From an uncultured Lachnospiraceae bacterium (lineage in GTDB: Bacteria; Bacillota; Clostridia; Lachnospirales; Lachnospiraceae), in assembly GCA_964650965.1 (NCBI GenBank), contig CAZYYO010000004.1, positions 6,221-70,220 on the forward strand: a DNA stretch of 64,000 nt. Reading direction: 5' to 3'. The notes under the pieces were generated by a model, which saw only the letters and a program-made list of their open reading frames with translations, did no database searches and had not been told where the DNA came from. The translations under genes were made by a program, and so were the position numbers. Below, piece after piece: positions 31,306 to 41,250 of this stretch; the stretch's first letter is position 1, and each line of letters begins with the position of its first letter.

Positions 31306-31743
31306 TTACTTACTCAATTTTGCCACCATCTGGTTGATGACCTTTCCATCTGCTTCGCCCTTTAACATGGGCATTACCGTTTTCATAATCTGTCCCTTAT
31401 TTCCTGTAGCCAGCACTTCGCTGCAATTTTCCTTCAAGAACGCCTCAACCTCTTCCTCTGACATTAGCTTGGGGGCATATTCTGAAATCACGTCATACCG
31501 AAGCTGGTACTCTGCCAGAAGATCTTCTCTTCCAGCTGGACAGGTATCTATCTGTTCTTTTGCTGTTTTCTGTTCTTTTAAAATCACCCGGTCTACTAAG
31601 TCTGCTTTGATATCGTCTCTACAACCTTCGTCAATTGCCACCTTCTTTACTGCAGAAACCAGGGAAGAAATTGCATCCTTTCTTGGTCTATCCTTCGCCT
31701 TCATTGCAAGAATCATGTCCTTTTGTAGCTGTTCCATTTCCAT
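31306..31743 (-). CDS. yqeY: GatB/YqeY domain-containing protein
   Basis: LQKDMILAMKAKDRPRKDAISSLVSAVKK is typical of the YqeY family. 145 aa. Confidence 0.82.
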   Translation of the reverse strand: MEMEQLQKDMILAMKAKDRPRKDAISSLVSAVKKVAIDEGCRDDIKADLVDRVILKEQKTAKEQIDTCPAGREDLLAEYQLRYDVISEYAPKLMSEEEVEAFLKENCSEVLATGNKGQIMKTVMPMLKGEADGKVINQMVAKLSK

Positions 31744-31774
31744 TGATTGTTCCTCCTTTAAACACGGGGATTTT

Positions 31775-32881
31775 TTATATCACCCGACGGATTGTAATAA
31801 TTGTTTTGCAGTTAGCTGCTCGATTGTTGGTAATACCAGCTTTTGTACTTTGCGCCTCTACAATTTTACCACCACCAGCGTAAATTGCAACATGGCCACT
31901 ATAGCAAATAATATCCCCAGGCTGCATATTACTGTAGCTCACCTCTTGTCCCACACTTCGGAAGTCTCCGGAAGTAAGTCTTCCAAAATTAATACCAAAG
32001 TGAGCATAGACGGAACAGATAAAACCAGAGCAATCTGCCCCGTTGGTTAATGATGTACCGCCCCAGACATAAGGATTTCCCACAAATTGATTGGCATATG
32101 CTACCACCTCTGACCCACTAACATTGGTAGTATGGCCTGGATTTAAATTGCCATTTACATTACTGCTAGAGCTGCTTCCTGTATTTCCAGTGGTGCTACT
32201 TGCTGCCTGCTGAGCTGCTAACTGAGCCGCAGCCTGCTGCGCTGCCAGCTGTCTTGCTTTCTCTAGCTGTGCATCAAAATCTGCCATCTGTGTCTTCTTG
32301 CTGGCAATCATACTATTTAAAGAAGCCTTCTGACTTGCCAACTGGTTTTCACTTGCCTTTAAATCGCTCATTTCTCCACTGAGAGACTGCTTTAAATCCT
32401 CTAGTGCCCGTTGTGCATTCTCGTATGTATCCAGTACATTTCTATCATAAGCATAGACCTGATTCACATACTCTAACCGATTTAGGAAATCCGTAATGCT
32501 TCCAGACTCCAGTAAAATAGTAAAAAGATCCTGATCATTATTCTCATACAGATACTGAATACGAACCTTCATAGACGCATATTGAGCATCAATCTGCGCC
32601 TGGGCATCTGCTATATTTTGGTTTGTCTCATCAATCTCTGCCTGCTTACTGCTAATATCAGATTCCAGGCTATCTATCTCTGTCAGAATACCTACCAGTT
32701 CAGAGTCTAAATCATTGATTTCCTCCTGCAGCTTTTTCTGGTCCTCCTTAATCTGGGACACAGACTTGGCAGCCTGGGAATTCATTGTCTGTCCAAATAC
32801 TGCGGTCAGCACAAGAGCAAGCGCTGTAACTCGTCGGATTTTGGTTTTTAATCTTATATTCATAGGTATATTTCTCCTCAA
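31775..32881 (-). CDS. secreted coiled-coil NlpC/P60 (C40) peptidoglycan hydrolase, CwlO-like
   Basis: Signal peptide, a long coiled-coil region and an A/Q repeat. C-terminal NlpC/P60 domain with the catalytic motif DCSGFICSVY and a downstream His. Confidence 0.85.
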   Translation of the reverse strand: MRRNIPMNIRLKTKIRRVTALALVLTAVFGQTMNSQAAKSVSQIKEDQKKLQEEINDLDSELVGILTEIDSLESDISSKQAEIDETNQNIADAQAQIDAQYASMKVRIQYLYENNDQDLFTILLESGSITDFLNRLEYVNQVYAYDRNVLDTYENAQRALEDLKQSLSGEMSDLKASENQLASQKASLNSMIASKKTQMADFDAQLEKARQLAAQQAAAQLAAQQAASSTTGNTGSSSSSNVNGNLNPGHTTNVSGSEVVAYANQFVGNPYVWGGTSLTNGADCSGFICSVYAHFGINFGRLTSGDFRSVGQEVSYSNMQPGDIICYSGHVAIYAGGGKIVEAQSTKAGITNNRAANCKTIITIRRVI

Positions 32882-32987
32882 TACGCAATCTTGTTAGTTA
32901 TATATAATAATAGGTAAAAAACCTTCAGAATGCAACCTAAAAAATCTTCCAATTAGAGTTTCTAACTGGAAGATTTTGGTCTGGATT

Positions 32988-34544
32988 CTATCCTGCTACC
33001 CTCTTAACAATTAATAGCTTCTGTCCAGGGCGCAGCACTTCTTCTGTAAGCTGGTTAATTTCCATCAAATCAGCAACGGTTGTATTATATTCTCTGGCAA
33101 TCTGCCACAGTGTATCCTCCCGTCCCACCAGATACCCTGTCATTCCAGGACGTTTCTGCAGCTGTTCCTCGTTGGATTCCTCCAGCTGTATTTCCTCAAT
33201 CACTGGTGTCTCTTCTTGGGAAAACACCATAAGATTCAGTTGTATTTCCCCCTTTACAGAAGCTGTCTGTGGATCCTCTAGGGATACTCTCAGCTGCTCC
33301 ACACTACTCTCCAGACTGATCCTATCCTGTGAATGAATTGGTCCCGTCTCCAATCGAGCTTCGATTGGAAAGCTTTTTTTAGCCGATGACAACGGTATTA
33401 CGTCATCTGATGTTAAATACAGCACCTCTACCAATAATCTTCCTGTCACTTGCAGGGCATCCTCCAACAGCTGTGTATCATCAATAGACACCGTTCCTTC
33501 CGCCCCACACAAATAGATTGCCGGCTCTAATTCATCCAACGGAAGCTCCCCTGCCACTTTGATTCTTGCATCATTCTTCTGAAGCAGCTGTTGGAGATAA
33601 ATGTTTTTCCTCTGAATGTGAATCTCTTTGTCCAACGCATAAAGATCCTCAATCATATTTATCCGCTCTTCCTTCCAGATAGAAAGTTCTATTTCCATAT
33701 AAATGTCTAAGGCAACATTTCGCGATTCTCCGTCATCATCCTCCCTCAATTCCATTTGGGTATTGAGATTGATGATTCTAGTCTGATAATGTTCTCCATT
33801 CTTGCCCATAGAGCACTCCATGCTTCCTTGCACTGGGATGGTTATCTCCATCCATTCAAATGGTGTTTCCTCTGTTGATTTATATAGTATGCAGACATCT
33901 GCATCTGCTGACACCTGCATTTCATGTTCCTGCAGATTTGTATGAATCCCCTGTATGCTGGCAGTACTCCACAACAGTTCTGTTGCATTGGGTTTATCCT
34001 GAGGAAGCATAAATTCTTGTCGAATCCGTACAATATCTTTTTTATTTTCTATCAACTGCAATGCTTCCCGCTCACTACGCAAAATCTGGTATTGTTCCTC
34101 ATTTTCTAAATGAACCGGGATCTGTTCATCTGTCATTTGATAGGCTAATGCATGAAAATCAACAATTGCTCTAATATTGATTTTTCTGGAATTAATCACT
34201 GTAATATTCATATCATTTACCTTAGCGGTTACCTCTACCGGATCTAATTCCTCTATCTGATCCATATTGATTTTCTCCCGCATGGGTATCTCTCCGGTAA
34301 GGCTGCTAATGCTACTGCTTCCTGACTCTCCCAGATACAAAATCTGAAACTGAAGCCGTCCAGTAATAAAAATACACTGATTGCTGACGCGTACCTCATC
34401 CGTTATTATTTTCCCCTGGTATTTTATAATTTTCATAATATCAGGTTTATAATCCGCCAGGTTATAATCATCATCCAGGTTCGACTGATAATAGGTTCGG
34501 GCCTTTATTTCATTTTTATGTATATAACGTTTTTCTAATTCCAC
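32988..34544 (-). CDS. DUF3794-type protein with C-terminal LysM domain (SipL/SpoVID-like spore morphogenesis candidate)
   Basis: C-terminal LysM (YLVGREDTLWQIAREYNTTVADLMEINQL...GQKLLI). The long N-terminal repeated region has the same architecture as clostridial SipL. GTG start after AAGGGGA. Confidence 0.65.
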   Translation of the reverse strand: MELEKRYIHKNEIKARTYYQSNLDDDYNLADYKPDIMKIIKYQGKIITDEVRVSNQCIFITGRLQFQILYLGESGSSSISSLTGEIPMREKINMDQIEELDPVEVTAKVNDMNITVINSRKINIRAIVDFHALAYQMTDEQIPVHLENEEQYQILRSEREALQLIENKKDIVRIRQEFMLPQDKPNATELLWSTASIQGIHTNLQEHEMQVSADADVCILYKSTEETPFEWMEITIPVQGSMECSMGKNGEHYQTRIINLNTQMELREDDDGESRNVALDIYMEIELSIWKEERINMIEDLYALDKEIHIQRKNIYLQQLLQKNDARIKVAGELPLDELEPAIYLCGAEGTVSIDDTQLLEDALQVTGRLLVEVLYLTSDDVIPLSSAKKSFPIEARLETGPIHSQDRISLESSVEQLRVSLEDPQTASVKGEIQLNLMVFSQEETPVIEEIQLEESNEEQLQKRPGMTGYLVGREDTLWQIAREYNTTVADLMEINQLTEEVLRPGQKLLIVKRVAG

Positions 34545-34617
34545 TAAAAAATCCCCTTGGCTTGCTTTTCATAATATCTTATTCCAAACCTGGGGACTTT
34601 ATTCTTACTCTATTCAA

Positions 34618-34860
34618 TTAACATAACTTCATTCGGATTTCTTTCGTAATAATGTCAGTATAGCTAAAAGATAACAACTGTGCTGGCTTATCTTCTTCCT
34701 TATCCTCTACTAATATGGTAAATACACTTGGATAGGCTTCCTGTATAATTCCCTCCTGCACATCTACTTTATTACGACCTCTGTCAAGCTGAATCACGAC
34801 CTTGCTTCCGCACTGCTGTTGTACTGACGCACGAACTTTATCGAAATCTGAGTGTTCCAT
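34618..34860 (-). CDS. veg: Veg family protein
   Basis: AYPSVFTI...SFSYTDI matches B. subtilis Veg (ETYPSVFVI...SYSYADI). The consensus promoter TTGACA-17-TATACT at 34914-34942 lies inside the longer track ORF, so the start is set at MEHSDF. Confidence 0.85.
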   Translation of the reverse strand: MEHSDFDKVRASVQQQCGSKVVIQLDRGRNKVDVQEGIIQEAYPSVFTILVEDKEEDKPAQLLSFSYTDIITKEIRMKLC

Positions 34861-34913
34861 TATTCTATTACCTCCTACTGCTCGTTCTAGTTGCTCTAGA
34901 ACTTGTCTTTGGT

Positions 34914-34942
34914 AGTATAGCACTTTATGTGTATTTTGTCAA
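34914..34942 (-). promoter_or_regulatory. veg promoter
   Basis: The minus strand reads TTGACA (34942-34937), a 17-nt spacer, and TATACT (34919-34914). Confidence 0.7.
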
Positions 34943-34985
34943 AAAATCCAGGGATATTTTTGTATAAAAATACATACTGTCAGCT

Positions 34986-35396
34986 TTATTGAAACACTAC
35001 ATTTTTATCCAGACTTTCTGTTTTCACCACAATTACAGGATATGTTTCCTTCTCTTTCACCTGCTGACCTTCCCTTGGTCCCTGTAAAATGGTAGAAAAT
35101 ACCATGTGATCCTGGGTAAGATAAAACTCCTTTACCTGGATGCTATACCCACTAGTGGCCTGTGCGCCATATCCCTTAATAACGTATAAATATTCCTCTG
35201 TTTCGTAGGTAAACTGCATATTTTCTTTTTTCTTTTCCTTGATAACCTCCTGAACCTCCTGGGGAAGCTGCTCTATGGTTGCGACTGTATACTCTATGTC
35301 CCGTAGCTTTTCTTCCTGGTCCACACTACATGCCGTCACAAGAAACAGACACAACAGAACAAGAGGTACAAATGTTTTCTTCATCTGACATTTCAC
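34986..35396 (-). CDS. lipoprotein with PrcB-like C-terminal domain
   Basis: Lipobox LVTACS, and GYGAQATSGYSIQV resembles the PrcB_C domain. Confidence 0.55.
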   Translation of the reverse strand: MKCQMKKTFVPLVLLCLFLVTACSVDQEEKLRDIEYTVATIEQLPQEVQEVIKEKKKENMQFTYETEEYLYVIKGYGAQATSGYSIQVKEFYLTQDHMVFSTILQGPREGQQVKEKETYPVIVVKTESLDKNVVFQ

Positions 35397-35555
35397 CGTC
35401 CATTCTATTTCTACTATCCTATTCTTCTACAATTTGTCCTTATGCATCTGATTGCTTTCTCATAGAATTCTATGGCTCTTTGTAATAATAGTTGAATTTT
35501 ATATAGTAAAAAGCTTATAATTAAAACAAGAAAGAACCATCAGAAGGAGGCTCTT

Positions 35556-36308
35556 ATGTTTCGTGCATTAGGCAGTTTATTATTTGCAATATTATTTCTT
35601 ATTCTGGGAATACCCGTTTTGGGAATAGAATGGATCATCGGAAAATTTAACAAAAAAGCAGAAGATTATTCTTCCCTACGCATCGTGCAGTGGGCTCTTA
35701 ACGTGATTCTTACCATCTGTGGCACGGATGTCACCGTGATTGGGGAAGAAAATATTCCCAAAGACCAGGCTGTATTATATATTGGCAATCATCGCAGTTA
35801 TTTTGATATTATTCTCACTTATGTAAGATGCGCTAGGCCAACGGGCTATATTTCCAAAAAGGAAATGGGCAAGATTCCCGTATTAGGAATCTGGATGGAT
35901 CGTCTGTATTGTCTTCTTCTAGACCGGGAAAATCCGCGGGAAGGAATGAAAACCATTCTGACCGCTATGGACTATATTAAGCGTGGCGTTTCCATTTGTA
36001 TTTTTCCAGAGGGAACCAGAAATACCAGCAAAACAGAGAAGCTCCTTCCTTTTAAAGCAGGAAGCTTTAAGATTGCCACCAAAACAGACTGTCCAATTAT
36101 TCCAATTGCATTAACCAACACCTCTGATATTTTAGAGGATCATTTTCCCCGGGTGAAGAAGACATCTGTCATCATCACATACGGAAAGCCCATTATACCT
36201 AGCCAGCTCTCTACGGAAGATAAAAAACACATTTGGGATTATACTCAAAAAGTCATTTCAGAGATGCTCGACGAAAACCAATTGATTTTTGATGATATTC
36301 AAAAATAA
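35556..36308 (+). CDS. plsC: 1-acyl-sn-glycerol-3-phosphate acyltransferase
   Basis: HX4D motif NHRSYFDI and FPEGTR motif. N-terminal TM helix. Confidence 0.88.
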   Translation: MFRALGSLLFAILFLILGIPVLGIEWIIGKFNKKAEDYSSLRIVQWALNVILTICGTDVTVIGEENIPKDQAVLYIGNHRSYFDIILTYVRCARPTGYISKKEMGKIPVLGIWMDRLYCLLLDRENPREGMKTILTAMDYIKRGVSICIFPEGTRNTSKTEKLLPFKAGSFKIATKTDCPIIPIALTNTSDILEDHFPRVKKTSVIITYGKPIIPSQLSTEDKKHIWDYTQKVISEMLDENQLIFDDIQK

Positions 36309-36342
36309 AATTACTGATGTGTTTCTAAAGGAGGTACGTATT

Positions 36343-36756
36343 ATGATTAAGAACAAAGCTGTAAGAGATGAAGTGGTGAAGGCCGCTGCTAAAACAGAAG
36401 CTGCAACTGCTGCTGCAAAAAAAGAGGCCGTAAAGGCTGTGGCAAAAGCTAAGGAAGAAACAACAAAAATCACGAAAGCTGCAGAAGAAAAAGCTGATAG
36501 TGCAAAGGCTGCTGCAAAAACAGTGAAAAAGGTTGTAAAAAAGAAAGCTGCTGGCCCTAAGACAGAGATTTATCTTCAGTTTGCCGATCGGGAATATACC
36601 AACGAATCCGTTATTAAAATGGTAAAAGAAGTATGGACCAAACAGATGAAAAAGAAGATTGGAGATATGAAGACACTTCAGGTATATGTAAAGCCCGAAG
36701 AGTTCGCAGCTTATTATGTTATCAATGGAGATGTTGTTGGACGTGTAGAGCTGTAA
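36343..36756 (+). CDS. Lys/Ala-rich small protein, unknown function
   Basis: Start set at MIKNK after AAGGAGG. N-terminal K/A-rich low-complexity half and a conserved-looking C-terminal half (EIYLQFADREY...YYVINGD). Confidence 0.55.
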   Translation: MIKNKAVRDEVVKAAAKTEAATAAAKKEAVKAVAKAKEETTKITKAAEEKADSAKAAAKTVKKVVKKKAAGPKTEIYLQFADREYTNESVIKMVKEVWTKQMKKKIGDMKTLQVYVKPEEFAAYYVINGDVVGRVEL

Positions 36757-36781
36757 GTAGTTTCATAAAACCTACAAATAG

Positions 36782-36833
36782 AAGCAAGCGCTGATAGATG
36801 GTATGAAAATCTATCAGCGCTTGCTTTTGTTTT
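36782..36833. terminator. bidirectional terminator between the Lys/Ala-rich ORF and murF
   Basis: An 18-bp perfect stem (36782-36799 / 36809-36826) followed by TTTTGTTTT. Confidence 0.8.
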
Positions 36834-38211
36834 ACTGGTAATGATGTTGCTGAAGCTGGTCTACAATCTGGGGAAACTCCATAAAGTGAGATGCTTTCAC
36901 CAAAATCGTGTCGTTTTTTTTGGTATTGGCCAATAATTCAGGCAGCATTGCCTCTCTGGTTTCAAAGGTATAGGTCTGACAATCTACCTGATGTTCCTGT
37001 ACGTAATCTGCTATCTTTCTTGCCAAAGGTCCTGCGGTGTAAAGCACCTGTATGTGATTGTTCTGGATTGCTTCTCCCAGCTGATAATGAAGCGCTTCTT
37101 CGTCCTCGCCTAGTTCTCCCATATCACCCAAAACCGCCACAGTCCTTCCTGCTGCATGTCCCAGCACCTCCAGGGATGCCCGCATAGATACTGGATTGGC
37201 GTTGTAGCAATCATCAATAATGGTAATATCATTTTGATGGATAAAATTAGTTCTTCCCGATATGGTTGCTGCTGTTTCTATTCCTCTGGCTATCTCTGGC
37301 AGGGTCAGTCCTAATTGTAAACCTGCTTCCACGGCCGCTAATGCATTGTATACATTGTGGCTTCCCGGTATGGGGATTGTTGCCTGAAATTTTCCCAGGG
37401 ATGTTACAAAGCATGCACTCATACCTTCCAAGCCCAGATTTTGAATATCTGTAGCTGCCACCTCCTGACCATGGCAACCATAGCGCAGGATTTTTGCACC
37501 ATTGGCACTTTGAATCGTAGACAGCTTATCATCATCTCCATTTATGATAACGCAGGCTCCCGGCGCCAGATGTTCAAGCACTTCTGTCTTTGCTCTTAGC
37601 ACGCCATCTCGATCTATTAGATTCTCCAGATGGCAGATTCCTATATTGGTCATAATAACCATATCTGGACGGGCGATTTCCCCCAGCCGATGCATTTCTT
37701 CAAAATCTGAAATTCCCATTTCTATTACTGCCACTTGATGCTCTTCTCTTATTTCGCACAGAGTAAGGGGCATTCCGATTTCATTGTTTAAATTACCCTG
37801 GGTCTTTAACACCCGGTATTTTTGTTCCAATACATTACTTACCATCTCCTTGGTACTGGTTTTTCCAACACTTCCAATAATTCCAATCACCGGAATGGTA
37901 AGCTGTCTTCGATAGAAGGACGCTAAATCCTTTAGTGCCTGTTGGGTATCCTTTACCAGGATATAGGGTATGTCTTGTTGCTGTATTTTCTGTTGGGACA
38001 AGGTTAGCGCGGCACCAGCGGCAAATGCTGCCGGTATAAATTGATGACCATCCACCTTCTGTCCCACAATGGGAATAAATAGGTTTCCCGGTTGCACCTT
38101 TCGATTATCTATGACCACTCCCGTAATTTCCTGCATGGCCTTCTTTTCATCTGCACAAAACAACTGCCCACCGGTTGCGTGGGCAATATTTTCAAAGCTC
38201 ATATTTTTCAT
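36832..38211 (-). CDS. murF: UDP-N-acetylmuramoyl-tripeptide--D-alanyl-D-alanine ligase
   Basis: Mur ligase P-loop GIIGSVGKTSTKEM. Directly downstream of ddl. Start trimmed to MKNMSF after AGGAGA. Confidence 0.92.
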   Translation of the reverse strand: MKNMSFENIAHATGGQLFCADEKKAMQEITGVVIDNRKVQPGNLFIPIVGQKVDGHQFIPAAFAAGAALTLSQQKIQQQDIPYILVKDTQQALKDLASFYRRQLTIPVIGIIGSVGKTSTKEMVSNVLEQKYRVLKTQGNLNNEIGMPLTLCEIREEHQVAVIEMGISDFEEMHRLGEIARPDMVIMTNIGICHLENLIDRDGVLRAKTEVLEHLAPGACVIINGDDDKLSTIQSANGAKILRYGCHGQEVAATDIQNLGLEGMSACFVTSLGKFQATIPIPGSHNVYNALAAVEAGLQLGLTLPEIARGIETAATISGRTNFIHQNDITIIDDCYNANPVSMRASLEVLGHAAGRTVAVLGDMGELGEDEEALHYQLGEAIQNNHIQVLYTAGPLARKIADYVQEHQVDCQTYTFETREAMLPELLANTKKNDTILVKASHFMEFPQIVDQLQQHHYQ

Positions 38212-38228
38212 AGCATATTTTCTCCTGA

Positions 38229-39293
38229 TTACTTTGTGTCCTGTTTGTATTTTGCAAGAGAAATTCGAATAATTTCTTCGCACAATTCTTCATAGGATAT
38301 TCCCACCACCTGAGCTTCCTGTGGAAGTAGGCTTGTTGGAGTCATTCCAGGTAATGTGTTGGCTTCCAGACAATACATCTGATCCTTCTCGTCTAATAAG
38401 AAATCCATTCTGGAATAGGTCTCAAGGCCTAATGCTTCTGTCACCTGCTGAGCATATTCCTGCATTTTTTCACTAATAGACGCATCTAACTGGGCTGGAC
38501 AGGTTTCCACTGCACTTCCTGCCTTATACTTATTCTTATAATCATAGAAACCAACCTTGGGGGCAATCTCAATAACCGGCAGTGCTTTTCCACTTAAGAC
38601 ACCAACCGAAAATTCCCTCCCTTTGATATAATCTTCTACCACTACCTGGTCTTCCCATACAAATGCATCTTCTAATGCCTTTTGGTAATCCCCTTCATTT
38701 TCCACAATGGAGACACCGATGGAGGAGCCTCCGCATGCCGGTTTTACTACACATGGAAAACAGGGCTTTTTATCACCATCTACCGGTAACCCTTCCACTT
38801 TGCTTAGCGTGAAGCCACCTGGACATGGTATCCCGTATCCCTTCAGAAATTGTTTGGCTATTCCCTTATCCATTGCAAGGGCACTGCTTAGATATCCATT
38901 TCCCGTATATTTTATGCCAAACAGGTCAAAGGCCGCCTGTACCTTACCATTTTCTCCGTTTTCTCCATGAAGTGCCATAAAAACAATATCAGCCTTCTGA
39001 CACAGAGCAATTACATTTGGTCCAAAAAAGCAATCACTTTGATCTGCCCTCTGGGCTTTTACCTGAGCCAAATCCGGTGCCGTAGCTGGGATATCTCGAA
39101 CCTGTACGCTAATTTCATCCGCTCGGTCAAACATATCATCTACAGCAACTTCCTTATCACCATATCCCATGAACACATCCAGCAAAATTACCTTGTGTCC
39201 CCTATTTCTTAGAGCATGAGCCACCATATCTCCAGACTTAAATGATACATCTCTCTCTGTACTCAATCCTCCGGCTAATACTACGATATTCAT
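38229..39293 (-). CDS. ddl: D-alanine--D-alanine ligase
   Basis: MNIVVLAGGLSTERDVS N-terminus and ATP-grasp blocks (HGENGENG, EANTLPGMT). The track ORF carries a 95-codon spurious N-terminal extension. AAGGAG lies 7 nt upstream of the chosen ATG. Confidence 0.93.
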   Translation of the reverse strand: MNIVVLAGGLSTERDVSFKSGDMVAHALRNRGHKVILLDVFMGYGDKEVAVDDMFDRADEISVQVRDIPATAPDLAQVKAQRADQSDCFFGPNVIALCQKADIVFMALHGENGENGKVQAAFDLFGIKYTGNGYLSSALAMDKGIAKQFLKGYGIPCPGGFTLSKVEGLPVDGDKKPCFPCVVKPACGGSSIGVSIVENEGDYQKALEDAFVWEDQVVVEDYIKGREFSVGVLSGKALPVIEIAPKVGFYDYKNKYKAGSAVETCPAQLDASISEKMQEYAQQVTEALGLETYSRMDFLLDEKDQMYCLEANTLPGMTPTSLLPQEAQVVGISYEELCEEIIRISLAKYKQDTK

Positions 39294-39400
39294 ATCCAAT
39301 CTCCTTATTACAATGCTTTTGCAGGAAAAATCACCTACGCTTTTTTTATGTAATATAGTATACCATTTTTTCGAAAAGTAACAAGGTACATGGATAGGTT

Positions 39401-40324
39401 TCATATAATTCGATTGGCTTCTCCCCAGTGAAGATAATCCTCCTGGTCCCAGCTTACTTCTTGATTTCCATGCATAATTTGATATAAATTCTTGGCGGCA
39501 AACATATCTTGGAAAAAAGCATCCATATCGCCCCGCTCTTTTGACACCATGGATCTGGTATGTAACAGGTGAAGACAAATATTCCAGTTTCCCGCCCTTC
39601 CAATATGAGCTATTCCTTTATTACAATAATACAATGCCTCATCAAACATTTTTAAATGTCTGGCACATACCGCGATATTACCGCAGATGCCTGCCTTTTG
39701 CTTATAGAAATTCTCCTGAGACAATGTATTTGTATGATTCTGACAAATCTGATAGAGCTGAAGAAAAATGGCCATCGCTTCCTGATATCTTTCCTCCGCC
39801 AAATAAGAAATCCCAATATTATTTAATAACAATGTTTCAATCTGGTTCAATCGCATATCCATAGATGTATGAATTCCATCAAAATCTGGATGGGTCATTT
39901 GAAACAACGAAATCAGTTCCCTTGTCTGTGTCCCAACGTGTGCCCCACTAATCTGATACCACAGGATCTGGACCATCTGGCAAAATTGATGTTCCCAGAT
40001 ATGATTGGAATCTTTGATTTGTTCCAGAATCCATAGTTTCTCTTCCACCTGAGCCTCCTGCTGAAATTCCATTGCTGCAAGGAGCTCCTTTTGTAATTTT
40101 TTTACCTGCATTTCCCGTTCATTTGCAAATGAAAAATAAGAAAAACCAGGTTCCCCCAAACGTTCCATAAGTAATTCAAAGGTGTGTCTGGATGGTACCT
40201 GGCTTCCATTTTCAATTTTTGACAGAGTGCTGACAGCACAGATTCCTTCTGCCAGTTTCTCCTGTGTGATTTTCTTCTCTTTGCGAATGCTACGTATCAC
40301 ATTCCCCATAGATTGTTTCTCCAT
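39401..40324 (-). CDS. XRE-family HTH regulator with TPR-like C-terminal domain
   Basis: N-terminal IRSIRKEKKITQEKLAEGICAVSTLSKIENG HTH. A helical-repeat C-terminus of about 230 aa gives an RNPP/Rgg-like architecture. Confidence 0.72.
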   Translation of the reverse strand: MEKQSMGNVIRSIRKEKKITQEKLAEGICAVSTLSKIENGSQVPSRHTFELLMERLGEPGFSYFSFANEREMQVKKLQKELLAAMEFQQEAQVEEKLWILEQIKDSNHIWEHQFCQMVQILWYQISGAHVGTQTRELISLFQMTHPDFDGIHTSMDMRLNQIETLLLNNIGISYLAEERYQEAMAIFLQLYQICQNHTNTLSQENFYKQKAGICGNIAVCARHLKMFDEALYYCNKGIAHIGRAGNWNICLHLLHTRSMVSKERGDMDAFFQDMFAAKNLYQIMHGNQEVSWDQEDYLHWGEANRII

Positions 40325-40417
40325 ATCTCATTCCTCCCAAAAAAAGCATAGCACGAGATATAAGATACATCTATTGGCAAATTGCATTCTATCTTGGCAA
40401 TACGCAAACTGGTCTAT

Positions 40418-40957
40418 TTAGAATTCCGGTTCAATAAGACCATATGTATTTCCTTTTCTCTTATATACCACATTTACCTCATCGGTCTCTGCATTACGGA
40501 ATACAAAGAAATCATGTCCTAATAATTCCATTTGTACGCATGCATCCTCTGGATACATTGGTTTCATTCCAAATTTCTTAGAACGAATAATACGAATCTC
40601 CTCATCATCATCTACATCTTTGTTAATAAACTCTTCATTAAAAAATGCTGCCGCATTTTGCTGCTTGGTTATTAATTTATGACGATACTTCTTCAGTTGC
40701 CGCTCAATGACTTCCTCAACCAAATCAATAGATACATACATATCATTACTAACCTGCTCTGAACGAATAATCTGACCCTTAACAGGAATGGTAACCTCTA
40801 TTTTCTGTCTCTCTTTCTCAACACTTAATGTTGCGTGAGCCTCGGTCTCCTCCGCAAAATATTTGCCTAACTTATTCAGCTTCTCTTCAACAGCCTCCTT
40901 CAGTCCCTGTGTTAGTTCAATGTTTCTTCCTGTGATGGTAATTCTCATGATGTCCAA
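40418..40957 (-). CDS. hpf: ribosome hibernation-promoting factor (long HPF)
   Basis: S30AE N-terminal domain (ITGRNIELTQGLKEAVEEKLNKL) and a C-terminal dimerisation domain (MELLGHDFFVFRN). Confidence 0.9.
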   Translation of the reverse strand: MDIMRITITGRNIELTQGLKEAVEEKLNKLGKYFAEETEAHATLSVEKERQKIEVTIPVKGQIIRSEQVSNDMYVSIDLVEEVIERQLKKYRHKLITKQQNAAAFFNEEFINKDVDDDEEIRIIRSKKFGMKPMYPEDACVQMELLGHDFFVFRNAETDEVNVVYKRKGNTYGLIEPEF

Positions 40958-41250
40958 CCCCTTTTTCCTGTATTTGATACTACTTCGTAACGCCTTTGAA
41001 AGGTGTTACTGATCATGTATTTATTATATCATATTCCTTTTTACGGGCAATGCATTTTTGCATTATTTTCTGAAAAGTTTATATTTTTTTTAATATTGTG
41101 TACACAAGGAGCCCTCATATTCCTTAATATTTTCAGAAACTTAATGAGAATCCCCTGTATTTGTGGTAAGATGATGGAATACATATCAGAAGATAAACTA
41201 GGATGAACGCCAATAAATGGGGACATCTTATAAACGAAGGAGGAGTTACG

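Noticed and set aside
31262-32050. A 262-aa plus-strand ORF, plus many other 60-212-aa ORFs in the track (for example 16497-17135, 56320-56811, 545-982 and 12578-13012).
   Set aside because: They lie antisense to or inside strongly supported genes (yqeY, NlpC/P60, uvrA, the symporter, glmM, mreB). They lack RBSs and have low-complexity or Cys/Ser/Leu-rich shadow-frame composition. I treat them as non-coding shadows.
39294-39578. Long N-terminal extensions of track ORFs: ddl to 39578, murF to 38283, the glpA-like gene from 46337, the oxidoreductase from 47937, map to 30694, the CgeB-like gene to 29822, veg to 34923, and SDR from 41203.
   Set aside because: The extensions overlap upstream genes or promoters and lack RBSs. 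Internal Met or GTG codons with good SD sequences align with the known N-termini of the families.
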